The notes under the pieces are model-generated. The model did no database searches. It was not told where the DNA came from and saw nothing but the letters and a program-made list of their open reading frames with translations. DNA of 64,000 nucleotides from a virus. Below are positions 29,157 to 38,587 of the stretch, piece by piece. The stretch lies in IMG/VR virus record IMGVR_UViG_3300013132_000021. One strand, 5' to 3'. Positions within the stretch are counted from its first letter, which is position 1. Each line of letters begins with the position of its first letter. A program made the translations under genes and the position numbers.

Positions 29157-29489
29157 TTATGATATCTCAACGTAACTTACTGTAGCGTCAACACTGTCTG
29201 CAGTGTCACTGACCATCCGCAGTTCTGTTTCTGCAGGCAGTATTAATTTTTCACCTTGTGTGATCACTTTCACTGATGTGTTTGGAGGAATAGAAAGACC
29301 TTTTACATAGTAGGTCGCTGTGGTATCTACACCCACTACCTGTATGTCTACCACCACAGTGTCGTATTCTGTGACATTGGCTAGGTTACAGCCTATAACT
29401 GTGGCTCGAACTCCTGCACCAATCTCTACCACATCTATGGGACTAGTGCCTATTTGTGTTACCAGAGCGTGTTTGAATACTGTTGGCAT
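29157..29489 (-). CDS. Small beta-rich virion structural protein
   Basis: T.IGCNLAN...IPPN.S...GEKLIL, similar to 15179..15499. Confidence 0.5.
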   Translation of the reverse strand: MPTVFKHALVTQIGTSPIDVVEIGAGVRATVIGCNLANVTEYDTVVVDIQVVGVDTTATYYVKGLSIPPNTSVKVITQGEKLILPAETELRMVSDTADSVDATVSYVEIS

Positions 29490-29493
29490 ATGT

Positions 29494-30546
29494 TTATCCT
29501 AGTGTCAATGCTAATTGTGCTGCAATGTCGTTGGCTTCTGCGATAGAAACGGCTCCCGATGCACCTGCGGGACTTGCCCAGTCTGCGCCGTCCCATATCT
29601 CTAAGGCAGCAGAATCTGAATTAAATCTTGTCATACCTAACACAGCGTAAGCAGTTGGTCTATTAGCATCTACACCTACCGGAGGCACAAATCCGTTAGT
29701 GCCCTGTATTTTAAAATAACCAATGCCTGTCTGTGCTATCTGAGACACAGCTCCGGAGACTATGTTGGTGATCACATTGTCTACTATACGGAAATTTCCT
29801 AATCTCACACCACCTGTGCCGTTGCCGTCGATGTATAGATCTTGTCCTGTGTTAGTGGTAATTTCGTTATCGCGGAACATTAAATTGCCCACGTCTAATG
29901 CAGGCACGTTGATGGCATCTGTGTAGAGATTATAGGCGTAGACAGCTCTCCAACGATACGTGGCAGAACCTAGATCATAGGTATTGTCAGTTTCAGGTAC
30001 TAGATCACTTTTTATACTGGCATTAATTACTATCTGATCAGTTAGTGCATCACCAATCTGTATGTTACCGCCAATGACCACATTTCCTGTGGCGTTGATG
30101 TCACCTGTAACAGCTAGATTACCTGTAATGTTAGTGTTGGCAATAATGTTTACTGTGCCTGCCCCGTTGGGATCCAGTTCTATAGAGCTGTTGCTCACAG
30201 TGGTTGATATGGTGTTGCCCTGTAATTGCAGATCATCTATCTGCAGTCTTGCGTGATAAACAGTGGCTTCACCTGCGGCCGCTGCAAAGTTTATAGTTGA
30301 TGAATCACTGGTTATGGTATTACCAGTAAAGTGTAGATCGCCTACATTTAATTGTGTGTCTACTGTGAGGTTAGTTGAGCGAATATGACCGTTGACATCG
30401 AGGTCTGTAGTTGGCGCTGCTGTTTTTATCCCGATTCGAGAGTTAACAACATCCAGATAGAGTAAGTCTGTCTCGAAAGCCAAATTCTCGCCTGCACGAA
30501 GCAAGTTGGATTTCAAGAGCTGACCGGAAATACGACCAATAGCCAT
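29494..30546 (-). CDS. Fibre-shaft-like virion protein
   Basis: GRISG.LL..NLLR.G.NLAFETDLLYLDV.N.RIG, beta-strand repeats, C-terminal RP...G.TRFN...EIWDG..W. Confidence 0.6.
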   Translation of the reverse strand: MAIGRISGQLLKSNLLRAGENLAFETDLLYLDVVNSRIGIKTAAPTTDLDVNGHIRSTNLTVDTQLNVGDLHFTGNTITSDSSTINFAAAAGEATVYHARLQIDDLQLQGNTISTTVSNSSIELDPNGAGTVNIIANTNITGNLAVTGDINATGNVVIGGNIQIGDALTDQIVINASIKSDLVPETDNTYDLGSATYRWRAVYAYNLYTDAINVPALDVGNLMFRDNEITTNTGQDLYIDGNGTGGVRLGNFRIVDNVITNIVSGAVSQIAQTGIGYFKIQGTNGFVPPVGVDANRPTAYAVLGMTRFNSDSAALEIWDGADWASPAGASGAVSIAEANDIAAQLALTLG

Positions 30547-30680
30547 TAGCTCTCCAAAATAACCCGGTGTTTCACCGTTAACCAGATTTTCAGCTCACGC
30601 TCTTTGTCGGTTTACCACAGTCGAATCCTGCGATAGTTTGGTCAACTACAGCAATTAAAAGTATTTAGCCGTTTTGGAAA

Positions 30681-31775
30681 TTAACCCAGCATTAGGGTAT
30701 AGACGTGGCCGAGATCTTCCATGATTTCTACCGTAACCTCGATACCGCCACCTGTGCTCACAGCCCATACGGTGCCATCGTAACATTCGAGATATCCCTC
30801 ATCTGTGTTCCAGCGAGTTTCACCTACTTCGGGGCTTGCTCGACGTTGAGAGTTGTCTCCCGCCGGAATCACCATACCGTTGGTGCCTGCGAACCGATAG
30901 TAACCTATGCCTGTGCCTACCACAGTGAGTGCAGTGTTACTGAGGTTAGTGATGTCATTGATCTGCCACTGAATATTTTCGATATCTGTGATACCGGTAT
31001 TCGGACTCAGTAGTATATCTTCATTTGATTGGATAGCGGATATTTTATTGATATTTCCGTCTAGAGTCATTTGATTACTGACTGTCACAGTTTGTGTCAC
31101 CAGTCCGCTTCCTGGCCATGCTCCGGTGGTTATGTATTGCCATTGGGGTGAATGTAATTCGGCCCAACGGCGTGGACTTGAATCTCCTGCATCTGCGCCT
31201 AGAGCGTATGTGACATCATCGCCTGGAATTATGCTCTGTGTAAAATCTGTGTTTACTGTTACTGTGTCTATGGTTTGATCGCCTAGAGTCAGTGTGCCAA
31301 GTCCGATAAGATCGCCCGACATTGTGATATTGCCTGTGACTGCGAGGTTGCCAGTGATGTCTGTGTTAGCTCTCAGCTCTACTGTGCCTGAGCCGTTGGG
31401 GTCTAGAACTATGTTTGAATTTGATATGCTAGATATCTGATTACCATCGAATACTAGATTATTTGTGATAACTCTGTCATGGAATATTTCTCCGCCGCCA
31501 TTGATATAAACATCTATGCCGCCTACGCTGGTAGAAAAAGTGTTGGGAACATTGATACGAAGATTACCCAGTGCAGCCTGAGTAGTCACAGTTAATTCGT
31601 TGGTGCGTGTGTTGCTGTTTACATCTATATCATAGATAGGAGTAGAATCCCTAACACCTATCCTATTATTGGTAACATCTAGATAAAGTAGATCAGTTTC
31701 AAATGCGAGATTGACTCCCGCACGTAACAGGTTGTCTGTGAGTACCTGTCCACCAATGCGCCCCAGTTGACTCAT
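30681..31775 (-). CDS. Fibre-shaft-like virion protein, paralogue of 29494..30546
   Basis: Shares NLLRAG.NLAFETDLLYLDV, LDPNG.GTV and the C-terminal motif. Confidence 0.6.
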   Translation of the reverse strand: MSQLGRIGGQVLTDNLLRAGVNLAFETDLLYLDVTNNRIGVRDSTPIYDIDVNSNTRTNELTVTTQAALGNLRINVPNTFSTSVGGIDVYINGGGEIFHDRVITNNLVFDGNQISSISNSNIVLDPNGSGTVELRANTDITGNLAVTGNITMSGDLIGLGTLTLGDQTIDTVTVNTDFTQSIIPGDDVTYALGADAGDSSPRRWAELHSPQWQYITTGAWPGSGLVTQTVTVSNQMTLDGNINKISAIQSNEDILLSPNTGITDIENIQWQINDITNLSNTALTVVGTGIGYYRFAGTNGMVIPAGDNSQRRASPEVGETRWNTDEGYLECYDGTVWAVSTGGGIEVTVEIMEDLGHVYTLMLG

Positions 31776-31777
31776 GA

Positions 31778-32503
31778 TTAGTTGGCGTATCCGTAGTATA
31801 CAGTTATGTAAACTGGATTACCGCCTCCTCCTGATGCTGGCACAGCTGATGTGAAAGTGATATAGTATCCCGCTTCTCGTACCTTACCTGTGCCTAGACC
31901 TGTGCCGCCGGATTTGGTAAACACCGTGCCCACAGTGTTGGCAGCCGCGCCAATCAATGTGAAGTCAGTGCTGCCTGCTGCGGTTATTACGTAACTGGTT
32001 CCGTTGTTGGCTGCTGTCAGTGCTGTAGCATTGATTTCAGCTCCTGTGCCTGAACTGGTAGGATTTTGATTAATGGTGAAGTTAGTGGTAGAAATCTGCA
32101 TGACATTTTCTACCAGCACTATAACATTGTCTGCGCTGGCAGCATAGCTGGCAGCAAATGATGTATTCAAAGGACCGAAGATGGTAGAAGCACCGTCTCC
32201 GGGACCCAGAGTCTGTTTGGTGATGGCTGCGGCCAGTGCGCTGGCTACTGTTACCCATGCTCCACCTACATAAGCTTCAATGCTGTTAGTGGAAGTGTTG
32301 TATCTTATAGTACCGTTAGCGTCTGTGGGCTGACGAACACTGGTCAGCTGTGGACGCTGCGCTGTGGTTCCTTTGGGCAGCATGATACCACCTTTGGCGT
32401 TTACCACGATCCTATTACCTGGTCCTACTCCATCGGGATAGTATATCAATGCGCGATCATTGATACTGAATTTCGAAATACCTTTGGTCTTTAAGAACTT
32501 CAT
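31778..32503 (-). CDS. Fibre-associated virion protein
   Basis: LPKGTTAQRP...GTIRYNT...E.Y..G.W motif. Start moved to ATG 32503 (MKFLK, ATGA overlap). Confidence 0.55.
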   Translation of the reverse strand: MKFLKTKGISKFSINDRALIYYPDGVGPGNRIVVNAKGGIMLPKGTTAQRPQLTSVRQPTDANGTIRYNTSTNSIEAYVGGAWVTVASALAAAITKQTLGPGDGASTIFGPLNTSFAASYAASADNVIVLVENVMQISTTNFTINQNPTSSGTGAEINATALTAANNGTSYVITAAGSTDFTLIGAAANTVGTVFTKSGGTGLGTGKVREAGYYITFTSAVPASGGGGNPVYITVYYGYAN

Positions 32504-32901
32504 ACTGCTAATGCACTCACGGTTACACTTAATCTCGCCGCGGCAGACGTGCCAACCCACAACTCATCTCCACTGTCGAACACTAGTCTTTCTTCTGAGA
32601 AAAACACAGTTTCTCCAGCCGGTACTGTGAGATTGCTGACGATTAAATTGCCGCTGCCTGCGGTCTTGCCGCTGCGTACCACATAGATGTTCACAGTGAC
32701 TGCATTGGTTGTTTCATCAGCTGTACTTGGGGCAGCTGTGTTACACAGTGCTATGGTTGTGACTGCATTTTGTCTGCCTGTGACACCTCCGGCAATAGGA
32801 CCACCTGTGGTTGAACTGGTGAATACTTTGACTGGCACAGTCACACTGGTAGAATCTACCAATAAAATTGTGTTTTCTGGGTTTTCATAATTTCTTATCA
32901 T
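32500..32901 (-). CDS. Small beta-rich virion structural protein
   Basis: TTIALCN...LTVPAGET...E.LV...GD, same family as 15179 and 29157. Confidence 0.5.
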   Translation of the reverse strand: MIRNYENPENTILLVDSTSVTVPVKVFTSSTTGGPIAGGVTGRQNAVTTIALCNTAAPSTADETTNAVTVNIYVVRSGKTAGSGNLIVSNLTVPAGETVFFSEERLVFDSGDELWVGTSAAARLSVTVSALAV

Positions 32902-32910
32902 AGATGTCTC

Positions 32911-33963
32911 TTAAAATAACATGCTAAAAACCAATGCGCGGTTTTTGCTGATTAATTCTCCGTTCTGTTTAGCAGCTTCTGCTGAATCATTGACAAAATA
33001 TATGCCCGATGTGCCTATACCAGGAGTATCACCGTAGAGCAGTATGTTGTCTGAGACATAGGTGGGAACCGCTCCTGTCTTTTCTAGCTGTATGGCATAG
33101 TTGGTCTGTAATTTACCTGTGCCCTGTGTTCTTACGTAGATATTGAGGTTAGTAATGCCGTTCTTGGTGGTAATTTCGTTGCTGTCTGGGCCTCCGCCGA
33201 TCTCAAGATCTGAAATTTCTAAACGATTATTGTAGAACTGTCCTACTAATGCATTATCAACGATAACAGAAACAGCACTTTCCCCGCTGGTTGAATATCC
33301 AGTTACTGTGTTGAAATATTGCAAAGAGCCTGCAGTTGCGGCGAGATTAGGAGTGATTTCTTTGTCTGTGATTATGACTCTGGTGTCTTGGCTCTGTGGT
33401 GCTACGATCTGGAATGTGGGATTGTTTAGAATCGCATCATCTACGTATTTTTTGTTAGGCAAATCATCATCGTGAGTGACCTGAGTTTCATAAGTGGTTG
33501 TGCCAAATACCTTGACTACTCCTGTGCCTGTGCCTATAAGAGTGAGGTCACCGTCGTCTGTGGTTGGATTGGTATAGATCCTGCGCAGTCTAAGATTACT
33601 TTCATCATAGTTGAAAGGACCCGGTGCAGAGTTATTCGCAAGCAACCAAGTAGAGTTTGTTTCTTCAAACAAAAAACTTGCGGCAGGAGCAGCACTGGAG
33701 TCACCTAGGAATCCTCGATCAATTTCAATTCCTGAATAGATCAGTGTTACTCCCTCGCCAGTTTCACCGTCATTCAATGTGATGATGTTGTCTGAAACAT
33801 TAAGATTCTCAGCAGCCACCGTTAAGGTTTCACCTTCAACTACGAGATCTCCAGTGACCCTCACTGACCCGCCAGCGGCAGCAGGACCAGTGTCAAGAAC
33901 AATCTTGGCACCGTCTGCTGTTTTTATACTATAGTCACCGTTGACTCTGAGAAACTGTCCCAT
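32911..33963 (-). CDS. Fibre-related virion protein
   Basis: V.GDLVVEG....V.DNIITLN...SGIEIDRG and NKKYVD motifs typical of phage fibre shafts. Confidence 0.55.
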   Translation of the reverse strand: MGQFLRVNGDYSIKTADGAKIVLDTGPAAAGGSVRVTGDLVVEGETLTVAAENLNVSDNIITLNDGETGEGVTLIYSGIEIDRGFLGDSSAAPAASFLFEETNSTWLLANNSAPGPFNYDESNLRLRRIYTNPTTDDGDLTLIGTGTGVVKVFGTTTYETQVTHDDDLPNKKYVDDAILNNPTFQIVAPQSQDTRVIITDKEITPNLAATAGSLQYFNTVTGYSTSGESAVSVIVDNALVGQFYNNRLEISDLEIGGGPDSNEITTKNGITNLNIYVRTQGTGKLQTNYAIQLEKTGAVPTYVSDNILLYGDTPGIGTSGIYFVNDSAEAAKQNGELISKNRALVFSMLF

Positions 33964-33977
33964 TAGATTACCTGTTA

Positions 33978-34379
33978 TTACATTGCGGTTAAGTGGATAT
34001 AATCGCTGGTAGAATCATTAACAAGGAACCACTTGTAACGAACACCGTTAAAATCAGTGGCCACACGTTTGGTGATTTTTGCAATCGCTCTTTCAGTTTG
34101 CCCATTGCCGTCTAAATAACCAAGGATACGCATTTCTCCATTAGCAGCTGGTACTGCCGATTGTAATTTGCATACTGCTGTTGCTGCTGCTTGATTAGCT
34201 ACAACGAAAGCTTTTGCTCCCCGTTGCTTAACGATATAGGCATAATTTGTTGCATTGTTGTATGTTGCTTCTGTATAAGCAGCACCCCCAAAATATGCTT
34301 CAATTTGAATTCCTGTGTTGCTAGACGGTGTACCGATAACATCAACACCATTTACATCTTTTCTTAGTGGACGTCCCAT
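33978..34379 (-). CDS. Hypothetical virion protein (possible head decoration)
   Basis: Strong AAGGAG SD, its own late promoter, located downstream of the major capsid gene. Confidence 0.5.
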   Translation of the reverse strand: MGRPLRKDVNGVDVIGTPSSNTGIQIEAYFGGAAYTEATYNNATNYAYIVKQRGAKAFVVANQAAATAVCKLQSAVPAANGEMRILGYLDGNGQTERAIAKITKRVATDFNGVRYKWFLVNDSTSDYIHLTAM

Positions 34380-34449
34380 TTGTTTTCTCCTTTAGGTTGA
34401 CGTTCTAGGTCTACGCGGTGGGTACCGCATAATTACTTAGATACTTTAT

Positions 34450-34719
34450 TTATCCGCGGCTCAGCAGACTCATCAGTTCCATTTTTTCCACTGTGGCAAC
34501 GATCCTGTTAATCTCATCCAGTTCTCGCTGTGCTTTTTCCAAATAGCTGCGACTGTGCGTTTGTCTGTAGCGTATACCAGCGTTGCTGAACTCTACTATG
34601 TGCTGTTCTACCATACGTTCAATTCGTTGAACATCGTGAGCAAACATAGGGAATCGCATGCGCCATTGATTGATGTGTCTGCGCAGTTGGGGGAAATCTC
34701 GATCACTGGTTACCTGCAT
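34450..34719 (-). CDS. Hypothetical helical protein (MQVTSDRDF...)
   Basis: The track ORF start at 34773 crosses the capsid terminator. The likely start is ATG 34719, 5 nt after TAAATA (34725-34730). Confidence 0.55.
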   Translation of the reverse strand: MQVTSDRDFPQLRRHINQWRMRFPMFAHDVQRIERMVEQHIVEFSNAGIRYRQTHSRSYLEKAQRELDEINRIVATVEKMELMSLLSRG

Positions 34720-34734
34720 CAAGGTATTTAAGCC

Positions 34735-34762
34735 AAACAAAAAGGCTCCGAAGAGCCTTTTT
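34735..34762 (-). terminator. Rho-independent terminator after the major capsid gene, with C(UUCG)G tetraloop
   Basis: Minus strand AAAAAGGCTC-TTCG-GAGCCTTTTTGTTT. UUCG-capped terminators are typical of T4-like phages. Confidence 0.9.
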
Positions 34763-34786
34763 GAAGTTTGCAAAACGTTCTGCGTA

Positions 34787-35956
34787 TTAAGCGAAACGTA
34801 GGTTAGCGGATGTTACAGCAACAGTCGCTAGGTAATCAGCTGCGTTACCTAGAGAAGAAGCTGTGTTTGTCAACTCAACATAACCATAACGTGTCATGAA
34901 TGACACGACTGGTTCGAAAGTTGATGGATCCAACACAACACCACTGCTCATCAATGGAATGTATGGGCAATAGAATGCTGCTGCGTCTGACTCAGAACCG
35001 CCCTTGTAACCAACAAGAACGTTGTCGTTCTCTGCGTATGTGTTCACATACACTTTCATTGCTGAATTCAATGTACCAACAAACTTGGTGTTTGTAGGTG
35101 CTTCGAATGTACCTTCTGTTGTACGAGCAAATGCGCTGGTAGTAGCAGATTGTAGCAGTGTCAATGTAGTTGGGGATACAACTGCCCAGTTACCTGCACC
35201 ACGACGTGTACGCTGAGCGATCAAGTTAGCAGCACGGTTGATTTGAACTGCCAATGCGGCATGCTCGTCACCAACGAATGTAGCTGTGCCTGAAACAGCA
35301 GCTTGGTCATAGGTCAATACAGTAGAGCTCAATGTAGCCAAGCTACGTAGAACTTCTTGATCGATCTCAGCTGTGATCTCTTGTGCAAGAGCAGCCATGA
35401 TTTCTGCTTCGATGTCAATGCCTTGTTGGGCTTGTGCATCTTGTGCAGCTTCAAACGTCCAGCGAGCTGACAATTTACGTGTCTTAGCTTCGACTGTTTG
35501 TTTCAAGATCTGGATGCTTAGTTTGTTACCAGCAACACCTTCTAATGCAGCAGTGCTAGCTGGTTTACCGGTAGTAGCACCGGAATAACCTTCAGCGATC
35601 TTGAATGGGCTCAGTGCTTCTTCACCAGCTGTGGTTGCGCCGCCTGTAGAACCTGCGAAGGTGTCAGAGTAGCGAACTCTTAGAGTATGGATCTGTCCAA
35701 CTGGGCCAGTTAGTGGCTGTACACCAACTAGTTCATTAGCGATGACCGTAGGCATCACACGTCTGATCACTGGAAGGATCACACGATTTAGGGTTGCAAC
35801 GTTACCGGCGGATGTAGCACCAGCAGTAGCACTCTCTGACAAATACTTGCGGGTATTTTCTAGAGTTGTTGCCATTACTGAACGCTTGTTACCTTGAAGA
35901 CCTTCTAACAGTGCCTCTTTGGTTTCCGACCAGCGTGACTCGAGTAATTGTGACAT
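34787..35956 (-). CDS. gp23: Major capsid protein (T4 gp23-like)
   Basis: LPVIRRVMP..IA.E.VGVQP.TGP.GQI, VEAKTRKLSARWT.EAAQD, EIDQE, AAFYCPYIPL, FMTRYG. Confidence 0.97.
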   Translation of the reverse strand: MSQLLESRWSETKEALLEGLQGNKRSVMATTLENTRKYLSESATAGATSAGNVATLNRVILPVIRRVMPTVIANELVGVQPLTGPVGQIHTLRVRYSDTFAGSTGGATTAGEEALSPFKIAEGYSGATTGKPASTAALEGVAGNKLSIQILKQTVEAKTRKLSARWTFEAAQDAQAQQGIDIEAEIMAALAQEITAEIDQEVLRSLATLSSTVLTYDQAAVSGTATFVGDEHAALAVQINRAANLIAQRTRRGAGNWAVVSPTTLTLLQSATTSAFARTTEGTFEAPTNTKFVGTLNSAMKVYVNTYAENDNVLVGYKGGSESDAAAFYCPYIPLMSSGVVLDPSTFEPVVSFMTRYGYVELTNTASSLGNAADYLATVAVTSANLRFA

Positions 35957-35967
35957 TATAGTTCTCC

Positions 35968-37059
35968 TTAAACTTTTAGTCCCGCAAGCCTGCGGATGTC
36001 AAATATTTCAGCAGTTTTTTCTTCACTGCTGTGTTGTGCCTGTGCTTTGTCGCCTGTAATTTCTTTGCCTTCATGTAGTACTTTCTTCGCCGGGGTAGCA
36101 CCGTTCATCACTGAACTGATATACTTGTCGAAAGCTGTACGTAGCTTTTCTGTCTGTACTGATTCTAGTAGACTGCTCATTACTTCACGCTTGTCACCGG
36201 TCAACGGGCCTAGCAATTCGCTCATAACTTCCTTGCGTTGGCTGCTTTCTTTGATGATGCGTAGTTCACGTTCTTTGTTTTCTACTAGTGATTGTGTATC
36301 TGCAACAACTTTAGCTGCTTCTTCTAATTCTGCTTCTTTGACCGCAACTACTTTTAATAGTTTAGCTGTCTCAGATTTTTCATTAAGATGACTGGCAGCG
36401 TATTCGCTGGCGAAGCTTTCAAAAATCCTGCGACCAAAGTCATTTCTACGAGCAGCTTCGATGTCTTCACGTAGCTGAGTCATTTCAGAACGCAGTCCTT
36501 TTGCGACTGTTTCTTCGATGATTTTAGCGGAACGTGCTACGAAATCTTTCTTGATCTGTTCAAACTTGGCCTTGCTTTCACGAACCAATTTTACTTTGGT
36601 TTCGGCCAAATCTTTCTTGTCAGTGTGGAATTCTGCGATTTCTTTCGCTAGTGCATCCACGATAAAAGATTCTAATTTTTCAACATTACCAGCTACTGCT
36701 TTGCGATCTTCGTGTAGTTCTGCAAGTTCTTTCTTGAGATTCTGAAGCACGAATGATTCCATTGCTTTGGCATCGTCCTTCATTTTCTTGTGATACTTGG
36801 CACGAGCTTCAATCAGGCCCTGACGGTCTTCTGCAAGCTCGCCTAGTTCTGCTTGTAGGCGATCTGTTAGCATAGCTTCAACAGCTTCTACCATAGCGCC
36901 TTTGTCGTGTTCGTATTTCTGTGCAAATTCTTCACGTAGTGTAGCAGTGACTTCATCACGGTTTTCTTGAATTCTGCTATTCCAAGCGGATTCAATTTCC
37001 GATTTGATTTCCTCGGAAATCACATTGTTTTCGAACAACTGTTTTACGATATCTAACAT
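35968..37059 (-). CDS. Prohead scaffolding/core protein (gp22-like)
   Basis: Long charged coiled coil between the protease and capsid genes, matching T4 21-22-23 synteny. Confidence 0.8.
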   Translation of the reverse strand: MLDIVKQLFENNVISEEIKSEIESAWNSRIQENRDEVTATLREEFAQKYEHDKGAMVEAVEAMLTDRLQAELGELAEDRQGLIEARAKYHKKMKDDAKAMESFVLQNLKKELAELHEDRKAVAGNVEKLESFIVDALAKEIAEFHTDKKDLAETKVKLVRESKAKFEQIKKDFVARSAKIIEETVAKGLRSEMTQLREDIEAARRNDFGRRIFESFASEYAASHLNEKSETAKLLKVVAVKEAELEEAAKVVADTQSLVENKERELRIIKESSQRKEVMSELLGPLTGDKREVMSSLLESVQTEKLRTAFDKYISSVMNGATPAKKVLHEGKEITGDKAQAQHSSEEKTAEIFDIRRLAGLKV

Positions 37060-37072
37060 GTGATTCTCCTTG

Positions 37073-37705
37073 TTATTTGAGACCTGAAATTATGCGTTTC
37101 AGACTCTCTGCTAGGTATTTTTGTGCCTTAGGATCGCCTTGGACTTGTTGTGCTATTTGATAGGCCTGATAACCGCCTGTGTTATTCATTAGGTGTTCAT
37201 ACACTGGTGTAGGATAAGCGCCAGGTGCGCTGGGTTGAGCCACTACATCTACTGTGATGATCTCAAATCCTTGTACTTTACCTTCGCCGTCAACTTCTCC
37301 ACTACCTCTGGAACTGACGCCTAGTTTCACTCCCGACTCCAGCATGGTCTGAATCAACTGACCCATGGGAGTTGGAAGTATTTTTAGTTTTCCGTAGCCG
37401 TTAGGACCATCCATCCACATCTTGGTAATCATATGACTAACACGATCTAGATTGATTTTCAAATCCTGTGGGTGATCAACTTCTCCCAGCACAGAGTAAC
37501 CACCAGCGATCTGCTCGTTGAGCGTTTTGACAGCCTTGCCAATTTCTTGAGAAGAATAAACACGTTGGTTTGCATTGCGGATGTCTCCTTGAATGCAAAT
37601 ACCGTTTAAATGCAGCGACTTTTTACCGTCGCTGCCTTCTTCGCTCTCCAAGACAATCTTAGCCTGATCGTAACTCAAATGTTCTGCTAGCGTAAGTTTC
37701 TTCAC
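37073..37705 (-). CDS. gp21: Prohead protease (T4 gp21-like)
   Basis: GICIQ....NAN.RVY, GEVDHP, VSH.I, GVSSRGSG (catalytic Ser), DVVAQPSAP.A. Confidence 0.96.
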   Translation of the reverse strand: MKKLTLAEHLSYDQAKIVLESEEGSDGKKSLHLNGICIQGDIRNANQRVYSSQEIGKAVKTLNEQIAGGYSVLGEVDHPQDLKINLDRVSHMITKMWMDGPNGYGKLKILPTPMGQLIQTMLESGVKLGVSSRGSGEVDGEGKVQGFEIITVDVVAQPSAPGAYPTPVYEHLMNNTGGYQAYQIAQQVQGDPKAQKYLAESLKRIISGLK

Positions 37706-37717
37706 CGTCTGATCCTA

Positions 37718-38524
37718 TTATCTACGACCACGGAAAAGGCTCTGCTTGTTGTCAGCGGATTCTTTAGAACCAGCTTTCTCAGCACCATGTCCGGGTTCTT
37801 TCTTAGAGAAAGCACTACCAGCTTTACCGCCTGGGACATTGATGTTACCAGCATTTTCTTCTTTTGGGGTCGGTGCAGCTAGGCCACCTTTGGTGCCTTC
37901 GCTTTTGCTTTCACCACCAGCTAGGATATTGGCTGCGGTTCCGCCCATGTCATTCTTACCTGCTACGATGGATTTGGTGTTAGCGCCGTTGTCACCACCT
38001 TTTGGTGTAGTAACTTTCTCAACGTATTCACGAACTGTTTCAAGATCAAAATCATCTTTCATCTTGTCGTCCATGCCGCCCATGTCATCGCCACCCGTGT
38101 CATCGCCACCTTTGAGTTCATCAAATTTGGCCTGTAGTTCATCAACGATGCTGTCTAGATCCTGGAATAGTTCTTCTTCGGACTTTTCTTCCATGTCGTC
38201 GTCACCCACTTCTAGATCACCTTCTAGGTCATCTGTAGGGTCACCACCCACCATATCTGGATCTTCGTCATCAGCTTCTATAGCAATGTCTTCAAATTCT
38301 TCGTCGACTTTTTCGTCTTCTGCATCATCATCTTTTGCAGCTTCTTCTACATCCTCGTCATCTTCATCTTTTTCTTCTTCTTCAGCGATTTCGCTGTCGA
38401 TCAAAGATTCGTAGATTTCACGGGATTGCTGTACCACGTACTCGTGAAATAATTCTTCAGCTTTCGCTTGATCGTCGTTTACAAGATGCTCAAGCATCTG
38501 TTGCAACAGTTTTTTGTCTGCCAT
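37718..38524 (-). CDS. Highly acidic prohead core/internal protein
   Basis: Asp/Glu-rich, lies between portal and protease, with AAGGAG SD and a late promoter at 38560-38565. Confidence 0.6.
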   Translation of the reverse strand: MADKKLLQQMLEHLVNDDQAKAEELFHEYVVQQSREIYESLIDSEIAEEEEKDEDDEDVEEAAKDDDAEDEKVDEEFEDIAIEADDEDPDMVGGDPTDDLEGDLEVGDDDMEEKSEEELFQDLDSIVDELQAKFDELKGGDDTGGDDMGGMDDKMKDDFDLETVREYVEKVTTPKGGDNGANTKSIVAGKNDMGGTAANILAGGESKSEGTKGGLAAPTPKEENAGNINVPGGKAGSAFSKKEPGHGAEKAGSKESADNKQSLFRGRR

Positions 38525-38587
38525 GTTATGTTCTCCTTTGTATGGTCAAGGCTGTAAGTTATTTAACACTAAGATTACAAACCAGGG

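Noticed and set aside
30600-30640. GGATTCGAC resembling the tmRNA 5' motif or a T-loop
   Set aside because: The region is only about 115 nt and lacks the other tmRNA or tRNA elements. Kept only as a generic structured leader.
37746-38414. 222-aa plus-strand ORF antisense to the acidic core gene
   Set aside because: Ser-rich shadow of Glu/Asp codons, with no SD or promoter. The same applies to 41215..41763, 53074..53682, 40538..41008 and the other short antisense ORFs.
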